From Nonlabens sp. (lineage in GTDB: Bacteria; Bacteroidota; Bacteroidia; Flavobacteriales; Flavobacteriaceae): a stretch of 64,000 bases of DNA. The notes under the pieces were generated by a model that had not been told where the DNA came from, made no database searches, and worked only from the letters and a program-made list of their open reading frames with translations. Below are positions 28,527 to 38,936 of the stretch, one piece after another. Every line of letters starts with the position of its first letter. Positions within the stretch are counted from its first letter, which is position 1. A program made the position numbers and the translations under genes. The stretch spans positions 81,916 to 145,915 of the forward strand of contig NZ_JBDVDQ010000016.1 of assembly GCF_039941875.1 (NCBI RefSeq). Reading direction: 5' to 3'.

Positions 28527-29465
28527 TTACATTAAACCTCTACCCATTTTATGTAGCTGATCGTTTTTCTCAAATTCCTTAAGTAGATTATCTAGAATAC
28601 CGTTGATAAAATTAGCACTTTTAGGAGAGCTGTAATCTTTGGCAATCTCTAGATATTCATTGATAGTAACCTTAACCGGTATGTCTGAGAAATATAAAAA
28701 CTCAGCTTGTGCCATCATAATCAACACCAAATCTATTTGAGCTATACGTTCTTTATCCCAGTTAGGTGTTTTACCTTCTATACGAGCAGATAGCTCATTA
28801 ATGTTTAGCAACGTCTTTCTAAAAAGATTCATTGTAAACTTTGCGTCTTCTTGATCTTTAAATAATGGTGGCAAAACAACATCTTTTGAAGGTTTAATTT
28901 TACGCATGAATTGAATCATGGTAGAATTAACTAGTGGAAAATCATCGGTCCATGTGATGTTAATGTCTTCTAGGTAATCTAAAAGCTCATCACTAGGCGC
29001 GATAATATCTTCGTAGATGTAGGTTAAGAATTTTAGATCCTTTTTAAGAGAAGGCTCTTCGTCCATAGAATAAACGACAAAAGTCTTGCTTTCTTGAATT
29101 TTAAAATAAAGGTTTTCTACGTACTTAGAATCAAGATGCCATGGATCTAGATCACGCTGTTGTAACGCCTCTTTAAGCGCCTCGCTCTCTCTTAATTGTA
29201 ATAAAATTTTATTATCAATGAAGTGTCTTGACGGATTTTCTTCTACATTAGAAGAAAGCAATCTCTTTTGCTTTTTACCATGTCTTTCTACAGCCTCTTC
29301 ATGAATTTTAACCAGCAGTTGTGCCATGTATAAAAACAGCGTGTATGATTGCGTCATACTAGTGTTGATAAACTTTTCAAGGTCTTTTAAATCGTCTGGA
29401 TTTTGACGTTGAAAAGAAAAAACTGCTTGCATTACTTTGATGCGCAATTGTCTTCTGGTAAGCAT
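28527..29465 (-). CDS. nusB: Transcription antitermination factor NusB (Bacteroidota long form)
   Basis: MLTRRQLRIKVMQ, IPVKVTINEYLEIAK, FINGILD. Confidence 0.9.
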   Translation of the reverse strand: MLTRRQLRIKVMQAVFSFQRQNPDDLKDLEKFINTSMTQSYTLFLYMAQLLVKIHEEAVERHGKKQKRLLSSNVEENPSRHFIDNKILLQLRESEALKEALQQRDLDPWHLDSKYVENLYFKIQESKTFVVYSMDEEPSLKKDLKFLTYIYEDIIAPSDELLDYLEDINITWTDDFPLVNSTMIQFMRKIKPSKDVVLPPLFKDQEDAKFTMNLFRKTLLNINELSARIEGKTPNWDKERIAQIDLVLIMMAQAEFLYFSDIPVKVTINEYLEIAKDYSSPKSANFINGILDNLLKEFEKNDQLHKMGRGLM

Positions 29466-29509
29466 AAGAACGTTTTATTTATTACTCTAGCGATCTATTT
29501 TTTATGATA

Positions 29510-29523
29510 GCTTTCGCGAAAGC
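29510..29523. repeat. Iterated palindrome copy 6 (nusB upstream region)
   Basis: Exact 14-bp match followed by GGAAT. Confidence 0.9.
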
Positions 29524-29569
29524 GGAATTATAATAACTATTAACCTCGTTTCTACTTCTAAAAACGAGG

Positions 29570-29577
29570 CAAAAATA
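29570..29577 (-). promoter_or_regulatory. -7 box TATTTTTG upstream of nusB
   Basis: TAnnTTTG match about 105 nt before nusB ATG. Confidence 0.5.
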
Positions 29578-29592
29578 CTGTTTTAAAGTGAA

Positions 29593-30699
29593 CTAGTAAA
29601 CTAGCTGCTCTTGTTTTCTAGCTGCAATACGAGCTTGTGCTATCTCTAAAGCTGCTTTATGAGTACTCACGCCAGTTTCTTTGGCACGATTCAAAATTTC
29701 TATAGTAGTCGTATAAATATTTTCAGTTTTTCTCATGATTTCAGAACGGTCATACCCTTCTAACTCTGCATAAACATTTATAATCCCACCTGCATTAATT
29801 AAAAAGTCTGGAGCATAAACAATTCCTTTGTTTTGAAGTAGCATACCATGCTTTACCTCATCTGCAAGTTGATTATTTGCGGCACCAGCAATAATAGATG
29901 CTTGTAATTTATTAATAGAAGTGTCATTTATAGTAGCTCCTAATGCACAAGGAGCATAAATATCCATTTGCTCTGCATGTAAATCGTTACCTCCATAAAT
30001 AGTCACACCATATTTATCTCTAACCTCTTCTAGTCTGTCCTGATTTATATCAGAAACAACAACATCTGCGCCTTCTTGAGTTAGATATTCTACTAGAGTT
30101 TCCCCTACGTTACCTATTCCTTCTACATAGATTTTTTTATCTTCTAGTACATCGCTGCCGTACTTAAACTGTGCAGCTGCTTTCATACCCATAAAAACAC
30201 CGTAAGCTGTAATAGGAGAAGGATTTCCTGCACCACCTTTTTCTTGAGATATACCAGTTACATATGGCGTAACCTCACGCACTGTATCCATATCTTCGGT
30301 AGCCATACCTACATCTTCGGCAGTGATGTAACGACCGCTTAATGAATGTACAAATTCACCAAACTTGCGCATTAACTCAGGTGTTTTTTGAGTTTTTGCA
30401 TCCCCTATAATAACGGCTTTTCCACCACCTAGATTTAATCCAGTAATGGCACTCTTAAAGGTCATACCTCTAGAAAGTCTTAAAACATCATTAAGTGCCG
30501 CCCATTCATTTTCATATTGCCACATGCGCGTACCACCTAATGCTGGACCTAATACTGTATTATGAATACCGATAATGGCTTTCAGTCCTGTATCTTTGTC
30601 GTTACAAAAAACGATTTGCTCGTGACCATCAAATGACACCTGACCGAAGACAGGATCCTGACGAACTAATTTTTCTAAAGAATCAAATTCTTGAGGCAT
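29593..30699 (-). CDS. Leu/Phe/Val dehydrogenase
   Basis: GPALGGTR, LGGGKAVI, ITAEDVG, GIGNVG, AGAANNQL, APDFLINAGG. Confidence 0.9.
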   Translation of the reverse strand: MPQEFDSLEKLVRQDPVFGQVSFDGHEQIVFCNDKDTGLKAIIGIHNTVLGPALGGTRMWQYENEWAALNDVLRLSRGMTFKSAITGLNLGGGKAVIIGDAKTQKTPELMRKFGEFVHSLSGRYITAEDVGMATEDMDTVREVTPYVTGISQEKGGAGNPSPITAYGVFMGMKAAAQFKYGSDVLEDKKIYVEGIGNVGETLVEYLTQEGADVVVSDINQDRLEEVRDKYGVTIYGGNDLHAEQMDIYAPCALGATINDTSINKLQASIIAGAANNQLADEVKHGMLLQNKGIVYAPDFLINAGGIINVYAELEGYDRSEIMRKTENIYTTTIEILNRAKETGVSTHKAALEIAQARIAARKQEQLVY

Positions 30700-30744
30700 A
30701 AAAAGAAATTTATTGACTTTTAAAAGTTGTTATTAAAAAGCGTG

Positions 30745-30752
30745 CAAAAATA
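30745..30752 (-). promoter_or_regulatory. -7 box TATTTTTG
   Basis: TAnnTTTG match upstream of 30699. Confidence 0.5.
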
Positions 30753-30838
30753 ACTTGATTTTAGGGATTAGGCAATTTACCATGCTTAATTTACGAACTG
30801 ATTAAAAAAATAATTTCCCATAGGGAATTTGTAAGTAA

Positions 30839-32590
30839 ATGAAAGAACTTAAAAAACTAAATGTACTGTTTGCAAAGTACAAATGGCAATTTATAGGAGG
30901 TGTTATAGTCACCATTATATCTCGTTATTTATCCTTGTATTTACCTAAATATGTAGGTAAAATTATTAACCTTCTTAACGATTATGATAAGGGTTTAATT
31001 ACGGATAAAGAAGGGATGAAAGACGATCTCATTTTATACATCTTAATTATTTTAGGATCTACCCTTCTCGCCGCGGTACTTACTTTTGTAATGAGACAGT
31101 TGATAATAGTTGTTTCCAGGCACCTAGAATACGACCTTAAAAATATAGTCTATCAACAGTACCAGCGTCTATCTCTAGGCTTTTATAAACAAAACCGTAC
31201 AGGAGATTTAATGAATCGTATAAGTGAAGATGTTTCTAAAGTACGCATGTACATGGGACCTGCCATCATGTACAGTATAAACATGATTACTTTATTTGCC
31301 GTTGTTATACCTGCGATGATAGAGACTGCTCCTACTCTAGCTATTTACACGATTATACCGTTACCTATTTTATCAGTAGCGATTTACGTAATAAGTAGAG
31401 AGATCAACAAGCGAGCTACACTGGTACAACAATATTTATCAAATTTAAATACCATCTCACAAGAAGCTTTTAGTGGAATATCTGTTATTAAGGCTTATAA
31501 TCTTGCTCCACAAATGAATGAGCAGTTTACACAAGTAGCTAACGACAGTAAGGATAAAAATATAGATCTAGCCCGAATACAAGCGCTATTCTTTCCGTTA
31601 ATGGTACTACTTATAGGACTTAGTAATATAATGGTCATATATATAGGTGGTAACCAAGTTATAGAAGGAACTATAGATGTAGGTACGATACCAGAATTTT
31701 TAATCTATGTAAACATGCTTACCTGGCCAGTTGCCATCGTAGGGTGGGTTACTAACATGATACAGCAAGCTGAGGCTTCTCAAAAAAGAATTAACGAGTT
31801 CTTAGATATAGATCCAGCAATTAAAAATCTTAATGAGTCGCCTACACCTATTAAAGGTAATATCTCATTTAAGAATGTAAACTTTACTTATGAAGATACT
31901 AACATTCATGCTTTAAAGAATGTATCATTTGAAATAGAATCTGGAAAAACACTAGCCATTTTAGGAAAAACTGGTAGTGGTAAATCTACTATCCTAGAAT
32001 TAATAGGTAGACTTTATGATATAGATAACGGCTCTCTAACCGTAGACGGTACTGAGATCAATCAGCTTAATTTAAACGACCTAAGAAACTCCATAGGTTA
32101 TGTACCACAAGACGCATTCTTATTCTCTGATTCCATAGGTAAGAACATAGCATTCGGTAAAAAAGATGCCAGCCAGGAAGAGATAGAAGCTGCTGCAAAA
32201 AATGCTGTTGTACATAAGAATATAACCAACTTTACTAAGGGTTATGAAACCGTGTTAGGAGAACGAGGTATTACTTTAAGTGGTGGACAGAAACAACGCG
32301 TTTCCATCGCAAGGGCAATTATTAAAAAACCACAGATTTTATTATTCGACGACTGCTTAAGCGCCGTAGACACAGAGACCGAAGAAAAGATACTGAACAA
32401 TCTTAAAAAGGTAACTAAAGATACGACTACGGTAATTGTAAGTCATCGTGTGAGTAGTGCAAAAAATGCAGATCAAATAATCGTACTAGAAGATGGTAAC
32501 ATTATAGAACACGGTAATCATGAATCTCTACTAGCAAATGAAGGTTATTATGCAGATCTATATGCAAATCAAATGCTACAAGAAGATTAA
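30839..32590 (+). CDS. ABC transporter, fused permease/ATPase (MdlA-like exporter)
   Basis: TM domain; GKTGSGKS, LSGGQKQR, LLFDD, VSHR. Confidence 0.9.
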   Translation: MKELKKLNVLFAKYKWQFIGGVIVTIISRYLSLYLPKYVGKIINLLNDYDKGLITDKEGMKDDLILYILIILGSTLLAAVLTFVMRQLIIVVSRHLEYDLKNIVYQQYQRLSLGFYKQNRTGDLMNRISEDVSKVRMYMGPAIMYSINMITLFAVVIPAMIETAPTLAIYTIIPLPILSVAIYVISREINKRATLVQQYLSNLNTISQEAFSGISVIKAYNLAPQMNEQFTQVANDSKDKNIDLARIQALFFPLMVLLIGLSNIMVIYIGGNQVIEGTIDVGTIPEFLIYVNMLTWPVAIVGWVTNMIQQAEASQKRINEFLDIDPAIKNLNESPTPIKGNISFKNVNFTYEDTNIHALKNVSFEIESGKTLAILGKTGSGKSTILELIGRLYDIDNGSLTVDGTEINQLNLNDLRNSIGYVPQDAFLFSDSIGKNIAFGKKDASQEEIEAAAKNAVVHKNITNFTKGYETVLGERGITLSGGQKQRVSIARAIIKKPQILLFDDCLSAVDTETEEKILNNLKKVTKDTTTVIVSHRVSSAKNADQIIVLEDGNIIEHGNHESLLANEGYYADLYANQMLQED

Positions 32591-32679
32591 TCATACAAAA
32601 AATATCGCATACAATTAACTATATCACAGTTGCTTATGATATTAATTATCGATTATCTTTTCTATTAGACATTTTTTTC

Positions 32680-32687
32680 TATTTTTG
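32680..32687 (+). promoter_or_regulatory. -7 box TATTTTTG
   Basis: TAnnTTTG match upstream of 32714. Confidence 0.5.
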
Positions 32688-32713
32688 GTAAGATATAACA
32701 CTACTTAAAGAAC

Positions 32714-33100
32714 ATGAGCGATCGAGATTACCAAGAGCAAGAAGAGATATTTTCAAAAGTAGTACGAGCAGGAAGACGTACCTATTTCTTTGACGTAAGA
32801 GCCACTAAGGCAGACGATTATTACTTAACTATTACTGAAAGTAAGAAATTCACTAATGATGATGGTAGTTTTCACTTTAAGAAACATAAAATCTATCTTT
32901 ATAAAGAAGATTTTCAAGAATTCGGAGACACGCTCAAAGAGATCACCGACTTTATTATAGATAAAAAAGGTGGTGAAGTTATATCTGACCGCCATCAATC
33001 TGATTACAAAAGAGAAGAGGCAGCAGCACCTATCGCAACAGAGACCGCTACTGTAAACCCTACTGAAAGTTTTACCGACATCAGTTTTGATGACATATAA
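32714..33100 (+). CDS. PUR-family (DUF3276) nucleic-acid-binding protein
   Basis: FSKVVRAGRRTYFFDV, YLTITESKK, KHKIYLYKEDF. Confidence 0.85.
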   Translation: MSDRDYQEQEEIFSKVVRAGRRTYFFDVRATKADDYYLTITESKKFTNDDGSFHFKKHKIYLYKEDFQEFGDTLKEITDFIIDKKGGEVISDRHQSDYKREEAAAPIATETATVNPTESFTDISFDDI

Positions 33101-33121
33101 GTAAACAATTAAAATTATCAC

Positions 33122-33150
33122 AAAGCCTTTCTATATGAGAGGCTTTTTTT
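33122..33150 (+). terminator. Intrinsic terminator
   Basis: AAAGCCTTTC-TATAT-GAGAGGCTTT plus T-run. Confidence 0.65.
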
Positions 33151-33214
33151 ATTTTTATATCCCACGCATTCTTTGATGCACCAAGTACGATTACCTCACG
33201 ATTAAAATTACACC

Positions 33215-35746
33215 ATGAAACAAACGATGTTGCTATTGTTGGTTCTCGCTTTCGCGAAAGCGTTACCAGCACAAACTATTGTAGATCCTACTCTAGATTA
33301 TTATTTACCACAAAATGTTTCTTATAATCCAGACATTCCTACACCACAAGAAATCATAGGTTATGTACCAGGAAAATGGCATGTATCTCATGATAAATTA
33401 GCTCAATACATGATGGTGCTGGCAGATAAATCTGACCGTTTTACTATTGAAAATCGTGGCAAAACCTATGAAGACCGACCTTTATACTTACTAACAGTAA
33501 CTAGTGTTGAGAATCAAAAAAACATAGAACAAATAAGAACAGACCATGTTGCTGCTACAGATAAAGATGCCGTGGACAACACAAACGCACCAATAGTCGT
33601 TTATCAAGGTTTTTCTATTCATGGAAACGAACCTAGTGGTTCTAACGCCTCTCTACTTCTAGCCTATCATCTAGCTGCTGCACAAGGTCCAGAAATAGAG
33701 GCACTTTTAAAAAACACCGTTATACTCCTAGATCCTAGTTTAAATCCTGATGGATTACAACGATTTGCTACTTGGGTTAATCAAAATAAAAGTGACAACG
33801 TAAATCCAGACACCTACGACAGAGAATACAATGAAACATGGCCTGGTGGACGTACTAATCATTACTGGTTTGATATGAATCGTGACTGGTTACCGGTTCA
33901 ATTACCAGAATCGCAAGCACGCATTGAGACTTTTCATAAATGGTTACCTAATATCTTAACAGATCATCATGAAATGGGAACTAACTCCACATTCTTTTTT
34001 CAGCCTGGAATACCGTCTAGAACACATCCTTTAACTCCTGCGATGAATCAAAAACTGACTCGTGAAATAGGAAATTACCTTGCCGAAGGTTTTGATAAAA
34101 TAGGATCGCTTTATTACACAGAAGAAGATTATGACGATTTCTACTACGGTAAGGGATCTACTTTTCCAGATATTAATGGTTCTATAGGTATTTTATTTGA
34201 GCAAGCCAGCTCTCGCGGTCATGCTCAAAACTCTGATAACGGAGTGCTAACCTTTCCATTTACCATAAGAAATCAATTCACAGCAGCTTTGAGCACCTTA
34301 AAAGCAGCAACTAATAAACGTAAAGAAATACTCGATTATCAAAATCAATTTTATAAAGATGCGAGGAAAGAAACTGGTAATGGTAATCTTAATTTCGATA
34401 ACGGCGACGCGATCATTTTTGGTGATTACACAGATGCTGGTCGCACCGATGCGCTCGCTGAGATTTTAAAAAGGCACAAAATTAAAATCGAACCATTACA
34501 TGCAGATAGAGTTATAGAAGGAAAAGCATTCAAACAAGGTTATGCTTATCGCGTTCCTAAAAATCAAAAGAATTCTAGACTAATAAAAGCCATGTTTGAA
34601 AAACGCACTAATTTTCAAGACAGCTTGTTCTATGATATTAGTGCCTGGACGTTTCCTTTGGCTTTTGATATGGATTATGTAGATGGTAAACATATTAAAA
34701 TGCAGGCACCTTCAGCTGGAGCAAATAGCCGAATTAATTTAATAAGTCTATCTTCATACGCGTATCTTTTAAAATGGAATGAATTTTACACTCCTAAAGC
34801 TTTAAATCTATTGCTATCTAAAGGAATAAGAGCCAAAGTAGCCATGAAACCTTTTAATGTAAATAATACTCAGTACGATTATGGGACCATCATGATACCT
34901 GCCGAAGGTCAAACCATGACATCTGAAGAAATGGTTTCCTTATTTAAGGAAATACAATCCAAAACAGAAATCACCTTTCATAATGTAAAAACAGGCCTCA
35001 CCGAAGGAATCGATTTAGGATCGCGTCAGTTTAGAGATATTAAACAACCTGAGATTGCAGTTCTTGTAGGTGAAGGTATCAACCCATCTGACGCTGGAGA
35101 GATCTGGCATTTAATGGATCAGCAATATGATATTCCTATTACAAAAATTGATCTAGCAGATATTAATCGTAAAGATTTATCTCGTTACAATACGATTATT
35201 GTCCCAACGACTTATGGCAGCCCAGAAAATGAGGTGATCGACCAATTAAAAACATGGACTCGCAATGGCGGTACTTTAATAGGTTATCGCAGTGCATTAA
35301 GATGGATGAGTAGTTCTAAATTGCTACCTCTTAAATTCAAAAAAACAGAAAACCCTGCAAACAATATCACCTTTGAGCAACGTCGTGATCACAGCGGTGC
35401 ACAACGTATAGGTGGAGCTATTTTTGAAACGAAATTAGACCGCTCTCACCCTATTGCTTTTGGTTTTAAAGACGACCAGTTGCCCATGTTTAGAAACACA
35501 ACTTTATTTGTAGAGCCACACAAAGACAGTTACCGCAACCCTATTAAGTATACGGACAACCCTTTAATGAGCGGCTATATTTCTGGTATAAATCTGGAGG
35601 CAGTAAAAAACACAGTACCGTTTCAGCATAATAATTATGGACGTGGTGACGTGATAGGTTTCACAGATAATACTCAGTTTAGAGCATTCTGGTACGGAAC
35701 AAATAAATTATTAATGAACGCTATTTTCTTTGCTGAGCAAATGTAA
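33215..35746 (+). CDS. M14-family zinc carboxypeptidase (secreted)
   Basis: Signal peptide; IHGNE, NPDG, DMNRD, DHHEM. Confidence 0.85.
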   Translation: MKQTMLLLLVLAFAKALPAQTIVDPTLDYYLPQNVSYNPDIPTPQEIIGYVPGKWHVSHDKLAQYMMVLADKSDRFTIENRGKTYEDRPLYLLTVTSVENQKNIEQIRTDHVAATDKDAVDNTNAPIVVYQGFSIHGNEPSGSNASLLLAYHLAAAQGPEIEALLKNTVILLDPSLNPDGLQRFATWVNQNKSDNVNPDTYDREYNETWPGGRTNHYWFDMNRDWLPVQLPESQARIETFHKWLPNILTDHHEMGTNSTFFFQPGIPSRTHPLTPAMNQKLTREIGNYLAEGFDKIGSLYYTEEDYDDFYYGKGSTFPDINGSIGILFEQASSRGHAQNSDNGVLTFPFTIRNQFTAALSTLKAATNKRKEILDYQNQFYKDARKETGNGNLNFDNGDAIIFGDYTDAGRTDALAEILKRHKIKIEPLHADRVIEGKAFKQGYAYRVPKNQKNSRLIKAMFEKRTNFQDSLFYDISAWTFPLAFDMDYVDGKHIKMQAPSAGANSRINLISLSSYAYLLKWNEFYTPKALNLLLSKGIRAKVAMKPFNVNNTQYDYGTIMIPAEGQTMTSEEMVSLFKEIQSKTEITFHNVKTGLTEGIDLGSRQFRDIKQPEIAVLVGEGINPSDAGEIWHLMDQQYDIPITKIDLADINRKDLSRYNTIIVPTTYGSPENEVIDQLKTWTRNGGTLIGYRSALRWMSSSKLLPLKFKKTENPANNITFEQRRDHSGAQRIGGAIFETKLDRSHPIAFGFKDDQLPMFRNTTLFVEPHKDSYRNPIKYTDNPLMSGYISGINLEAVKNTVPFQHNNYGRGDVIGFTDNTQFRAFWYGTNKLLMNAIFFAEQM
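33248..33261. repeat. Iterated palindrome copy 7 (in M14 signal peptide, AFAKA)
   Basis: CGCTTTCGCGAAAGCG at 33247-33262. Confidence 0.9.
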
Positions 35747-35766
35747 ATTTTAGATTCTAGCTCCAT

Positions 35767-35808
35767 AAAAAAAATGCTTCTGAAATAATCTTTCAGAAGC
35801 ATTTTTTT
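35767..35808. terminator. Bidirectional intrinsic terminator
   Basis: AAAAAATGCTTCTGAAA-TAATC-TTTCAGAAGCATTTTTT. Confidence 0.8.
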
Positions 35809-35851
35809 ATGGAAAATTTCTAGTTTACGTTTGGTCCTCTATAAGGATTCA

Positions 35852-36184
35852 TTATCCTACTCGATCGCCATTCTTTGCCTGAGCATTAGGTTGTAAAAGG
35901 ATAACATCTTTATCATCTCCCACCACACCTAGAACTAGGCATTCACTCATAAAGTTGGCTATTTGCTTTTTAGGAAAATTAACCACCGCAATAACCTGTT
36001 TACCTACTAGGTCTTTTTTATCATATCGCTTAGTAATTTGTGCACTGGTCTTTTTAACACCTAAATCACCAAAATCAATTTGCAATTGATATGCTGGATT
36101 ACGCGCTTCTGGAAAATCACTCACTGTCATTACCGTTCCTACACGCATGTCTACTTTTTCAAAATCACCCCAAGAGATTTCCAT
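35852..36184 (-). CDS. csaA: tRNA-binding OB-fold protein (CsaA-like)
   Basis: DFEKVDMRVG, SAQIT, AVVNFPKKQIANFMSECLVLG. Confidence 0.8.
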   Translation of the reverse strand: MEISWGDFEKVDMRVGTVMTVSDFPEARNPAYQLQIDFGDLGVKKTSAQITKRYDKKDLVGKQVIAVVNFPKKQIANFMSECLVLGVVGDDKDVILLQPNAQAKNGDRVG

Positions 36185-36498
36185 TAATTCATTTTTAATT
36201 TTTGTATCATTTCTGGAGAGATATATTCATCTGCTCCATAAGCATTTACTAGCAATCCTTTCTCACCTGTTTTACACTCTAGAACGTAAAGTATTGTATT
36301 ATCGCCAGTACTGCTCATTCCTTCAAATCTATAAAATTTCACTACTTCTATCTCGCCTGCTTTCCATTGTTTTTTCAAATCTTTAGATTGCACTCCATCT
36401 TCTACCAGGTCAAAGTTTACTGTAAAACCTTCTTTTTGTAAGTCTTCTATCGCTTCTGAGAGCGTATTGTATCCGTTTTTCATAGTTTTTATTTTCAA
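36184..36498 (-). CDS. Conserved Bacteroidota hypothetical protein
   Basis: TLSEAI-x2-L-x2-EG, FYRFEG, KGLLVNAYG; overlaps csaA start by 1 nt. Confidence 0.7.
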   Translation of the reverse strand: MKIKTMKNGYNTLSEAIEDLQKEGFTVNFDLVEDGVQSKDLKKQWKAGEIEVVKFYRFEGMSSTGDNTILYVLECKTGEKGLLVNAYGADEYISPEMIQKLKMN

Positions 36499-36572
36499 TT
36501 TAAATAAAACAATTCCGTTAGAAGAAGGTTTAAAATAAGTTTAGGAAAAGAAAAATGATGGTTATTGGTCTC

Positions 36573-36586
36573 GCTTTCGCGAAAGC
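36573..36586. repeat. Iterated palindrome copy 8 (intergenic, divergent promoter region)
   Basis: CGCTTTCGCGAAAGCG at 36572-36587. Confidence 0.9.
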
Positions 36587-36629
36587 GTAACAAAAATCAT
36601 ACTTTTACTACTAATAAATAAAAACTATC

Positions 36630-37184
36630 ATGTCCTTAACCCCATCTACCATGCTACCGTTAGGAACAACGGCACCAGATTTTACCCTACTAGACACCGT
36701 AAGTGGTGACATGATCCACTTGCAAGATCAAAAAGGAGCAAGGGGTACGGTGGTTATGTTTATATGCAATCACTGTCCGTTTGTAATTCATGTAAATGAA
36801 GAACTGGTAAGAATAGCAAATGATTATAGGGTTACAGGTTTTAACTTTATCGCGATCTCTAGTAATGATGTCGTTAACTATCCACAAGATGGGCCAGATC
36901 GCATGAATCAACATGCTGATGAGAACGACTACCCATTTCCTTATTTATATGATGAAACGCAAGAAGTAGCGAGAGCATATAACGCCGCGTGTACACCAGA
37001 TTTTTATTTATTTGACGACCGATTAAAGTTAGTATATCGAGGCCAGCTAGACGACTCTAGACCTGGAAACGGAATACCACTTACCGGCAGATCATTACGT
37101 GAATCAATGGACGCACTTTTGGGTAATAAAAAAGTTCCAGAGCCACAAAAACCAAGTATAGGTTGCAATATCAAGTGGAAATAA
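36630..37184 (+). CDS. Thioredoxin/AhpC-TSA family protein
   Basis: FICNHCPFV, YNAACTPDF, SIGCNIKWK. Confidence 0.85.
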   Translation: MSLTPSTMLPLGTTAPDFTLLDTVSGDMIHLQDQKGARGTVVMFICNHCPFVIHVNEELVRIANDYRVTGFNFIAISSNDVVNYPQDGPDRMNQHADENDYPFPYLYDETQEVARAYNAACTPDFYLFDDRLKLVYRGQLDDSRPGNGIPLTGRSLRESMDALLGNKKVPEPQKPSIGCNIKWK

Positions 37185-37252
37185 TTGAAAGATGAAGTAG
37201 TCGCTATTTTAAACGATAAAGAGTAATTTAGCAACTTATAAAATTACCGTTT

Positions 37253-38203
37253 ATGTTCTCACTTAAAGTGATCTGGAATCCGTTAGAAGGGCTTGATTTA
37301 GGCTTTTTTACATTGCATTTTTATAGCCTTTCTTATGTTATCGCATTTGTCTTAGGATGGTACATTATCAAACCTATCTTTAAAAGAGATGGTGTGAGTG
37401 TAGAAAAACTAGATCCGCTATTTATGTACACGGTAATAGGCTGTCTACTAGGTGCACGATTAGGCCACTATTTATTTTATGAGCCATCTACCTTTTTCTC
37501 AGACCCATTGAGAGTATTCTTACCATTTGAGACATCTCCATTTAAATGGACCGGTTTTGCAGGTATGGCGAGTCATGGAGCAGCTATAGGTATTATTATC
37601 GCTATGTTCTTTTACAGCCGCAAGCATTTAAAGAAAAACATGTTATGGATACTGGACCGTATCGTGGTACCTACAGCTATAGGAGGTACTTTTGTACGTT
37701 TAGGTAACCTTATGAATAGTGAGATAAATGGAAAGCCTAGCGGCGACTTTTTTGCTGGTTTCAAATTTGTACGCGACACGAGTGATGATAATGTGAGAGC
37801 TGCATTACAGCAAACTAAAATATTAGATACCGATAAGGCTATTGACGCACTGGTAAACAACCCTCAATATGCAGATGCATTAGAAGCTATACCTTACAAA
37901 CACCCTGCACAGCTGTATGAAGCAATTTGTTATGTAGGCGTTTTTATAATTCTTTACCTAGTCTACTGGAAAACAGATAAGCGCAATAAACTAGGGTATA
38001 TCTTAGGGTTATTCTTTGTATTACTATTTACAGTAAGACTACTTATTGAAACGGTAAAAGAACCACAAACAGATACCGATGCTTTTGAACTTATAGGCAT
38101 GCACTTTAATACTGGTCAGCTTTTAAGTGTTCCATTTATTCTATTGGGTCTATTTCTTATGTTCCGACCAGATGGTATGTTTGAAAAGAAAAGTGATGCG
38201 TAA
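37253..38203 (+). CDS. lgt: Prolipoprotein diacylglyceryl transferase
   Basis: GARLGH, GMASHGA, RLGNLMNSEING, HPAQLYE. Confidence 0.92.
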   Translation: MFSLKVIWNPLEGLDLGFFTLHFYSLSYVIAFVLGWYIIKPIFKRDGVSVEKLDPLFMYTVIGCLLGARLGHYLFYEPSTFFSDPLRVFLPFETSPFKWTGFAGMASHGAAIGIIIAMFFYSRKHLKKNMLWILDRIVVPTAIGGTFVRLGNLMNSEINGKPSGDFFAGFKFVRDTSDDNVRAALQQTKILDTDKAIDALVNNPQYADALEAIPYKHPAQLYEAICYVGVFIILYLVYWKTDKRNKLGYILGLFFVLLFTVRLLIETVKEPQTDTDAFELIGMHFNTGQLLSVPFILLGLFLMFRPDGMFEKKSDA

Positions 38204-38678
38204 ACTGTTTTTAAGCACATTAATCTTAACCTGTCTCTTGCACAGTTGCAAACCTGATCAAGAGGCAGAAATGAGAGCTCGTGACTGGTCTTTTAAGAAC
38301 GAGGCACAAGCAGTGCTTATTAATAAAGAAAATGACACTCTACAGCAATTAAAGCTAGAACTAGCCGATACTGATTACACCATACAACTAGGTATGATGT
38401 ATAGAGAACAGCTTACTGAAGATCAAGGAATGCTTTTTGTTTTTAGTGATGCTAGACCGCGATTTTTCTATATGAAAAACACAGACGTACCTCTAGACAT
38501 TATCTACATAACTGCAGATAATCGCATAGACAGTTACCATACTAACGCCGTACCTAAAGACGAGACTTTATTAAAAAGTAAAGGTGACGCACAATACGTA
38601 CTCGAGGTAAAAGCGGGCATGGTGGAGAAATGGAGCCTTAAAGAAGGAGATCTTTTCAAGTGGCAAGAAATCAATTAA
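38196..38678 (+). CDS. DUF192-family lipoprotein
   Basis: Lipobox LHS-C; GMMYR, GMLFVF, FYMKNT-x2-PLDII, YVLEV-x-AG; start moved to MRKLF. Confidence 0.85.
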   Translation: MRKLFLSTLILTCLLHSCKPDQEAEMRARDWSFKNEAQAVLINKENDTLQQLKLELADTDYTIQLGMMYREQLTEDQGMLFVFSDARPRFFYMKNTDVPLDIIYITADNRIDSYHTNAVPKDETLLKSKGDAQYVLEVKAGMVEKWSLKEGDLFKWQEIN

Positions 38679-38696
38679 AACTTTTCATTATCATAT

Positions 38697-38732
38697 AAAA
38701 AAATGCCTCTCCAATTGAGAGGCATTTTTTTT
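38697..38732. terminator. Terminator hairpin AAATGCCTCTC-CAATT-GAGAGGCATTT (left island flank)
   Basis: 11-bp stem with A/T tails after DUF192 gene. Confidence 0.8.
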
Positions 38733-38751
38733 GAGTTTGATGTTGTTAAGG

Positions 38752-38775
38752 GTTTCGCTTTCGCGAAAGAGAAAC
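38752..38775. repeat. Iterated palindrome copy 9 (13/14 match, left island flank)
   Basis: GTTTC-G-CTTTCGCGAAAG-A-GAAAC. Confidence 0.8.
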
Positions 38776-38901
38776 ACAAATAAAGAATAATTACTACTTA
38801 TACAAAACCTCTTCTTAACAACTGAAATCTGTCTTAGGATTGTGTGTTCTAAAAACATTCCTCTTAATATTATATACACTACAAATGTTATATTGAACAA
38901 A

Positions 38902-38931
38902 TGCGCATTACAAACGCGCGCGACGTGGAGG
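38902..38931 (+). repeat. GC-rich REP-like hairpin at 3' end of immunity gene 3
   Basis: TGCGCATTACAAACGCGCGCGACGTGGAGG in very AT-rich context. Confidence 0.5.
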
Positions 38932-38936
38932 ATTCT

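Noticed and set aside
36184-36498. Family often labelled 'phosphoribosylpyrophosphate synthetase'
   Set aside because: 104 aa with no PRPP synthetase motifs; kept as hypothetical
38691-38900. 69-aa minus-strand ORF at the island's left edge
   Set aside because: Runs through the terminator and palindrome; no homology cues
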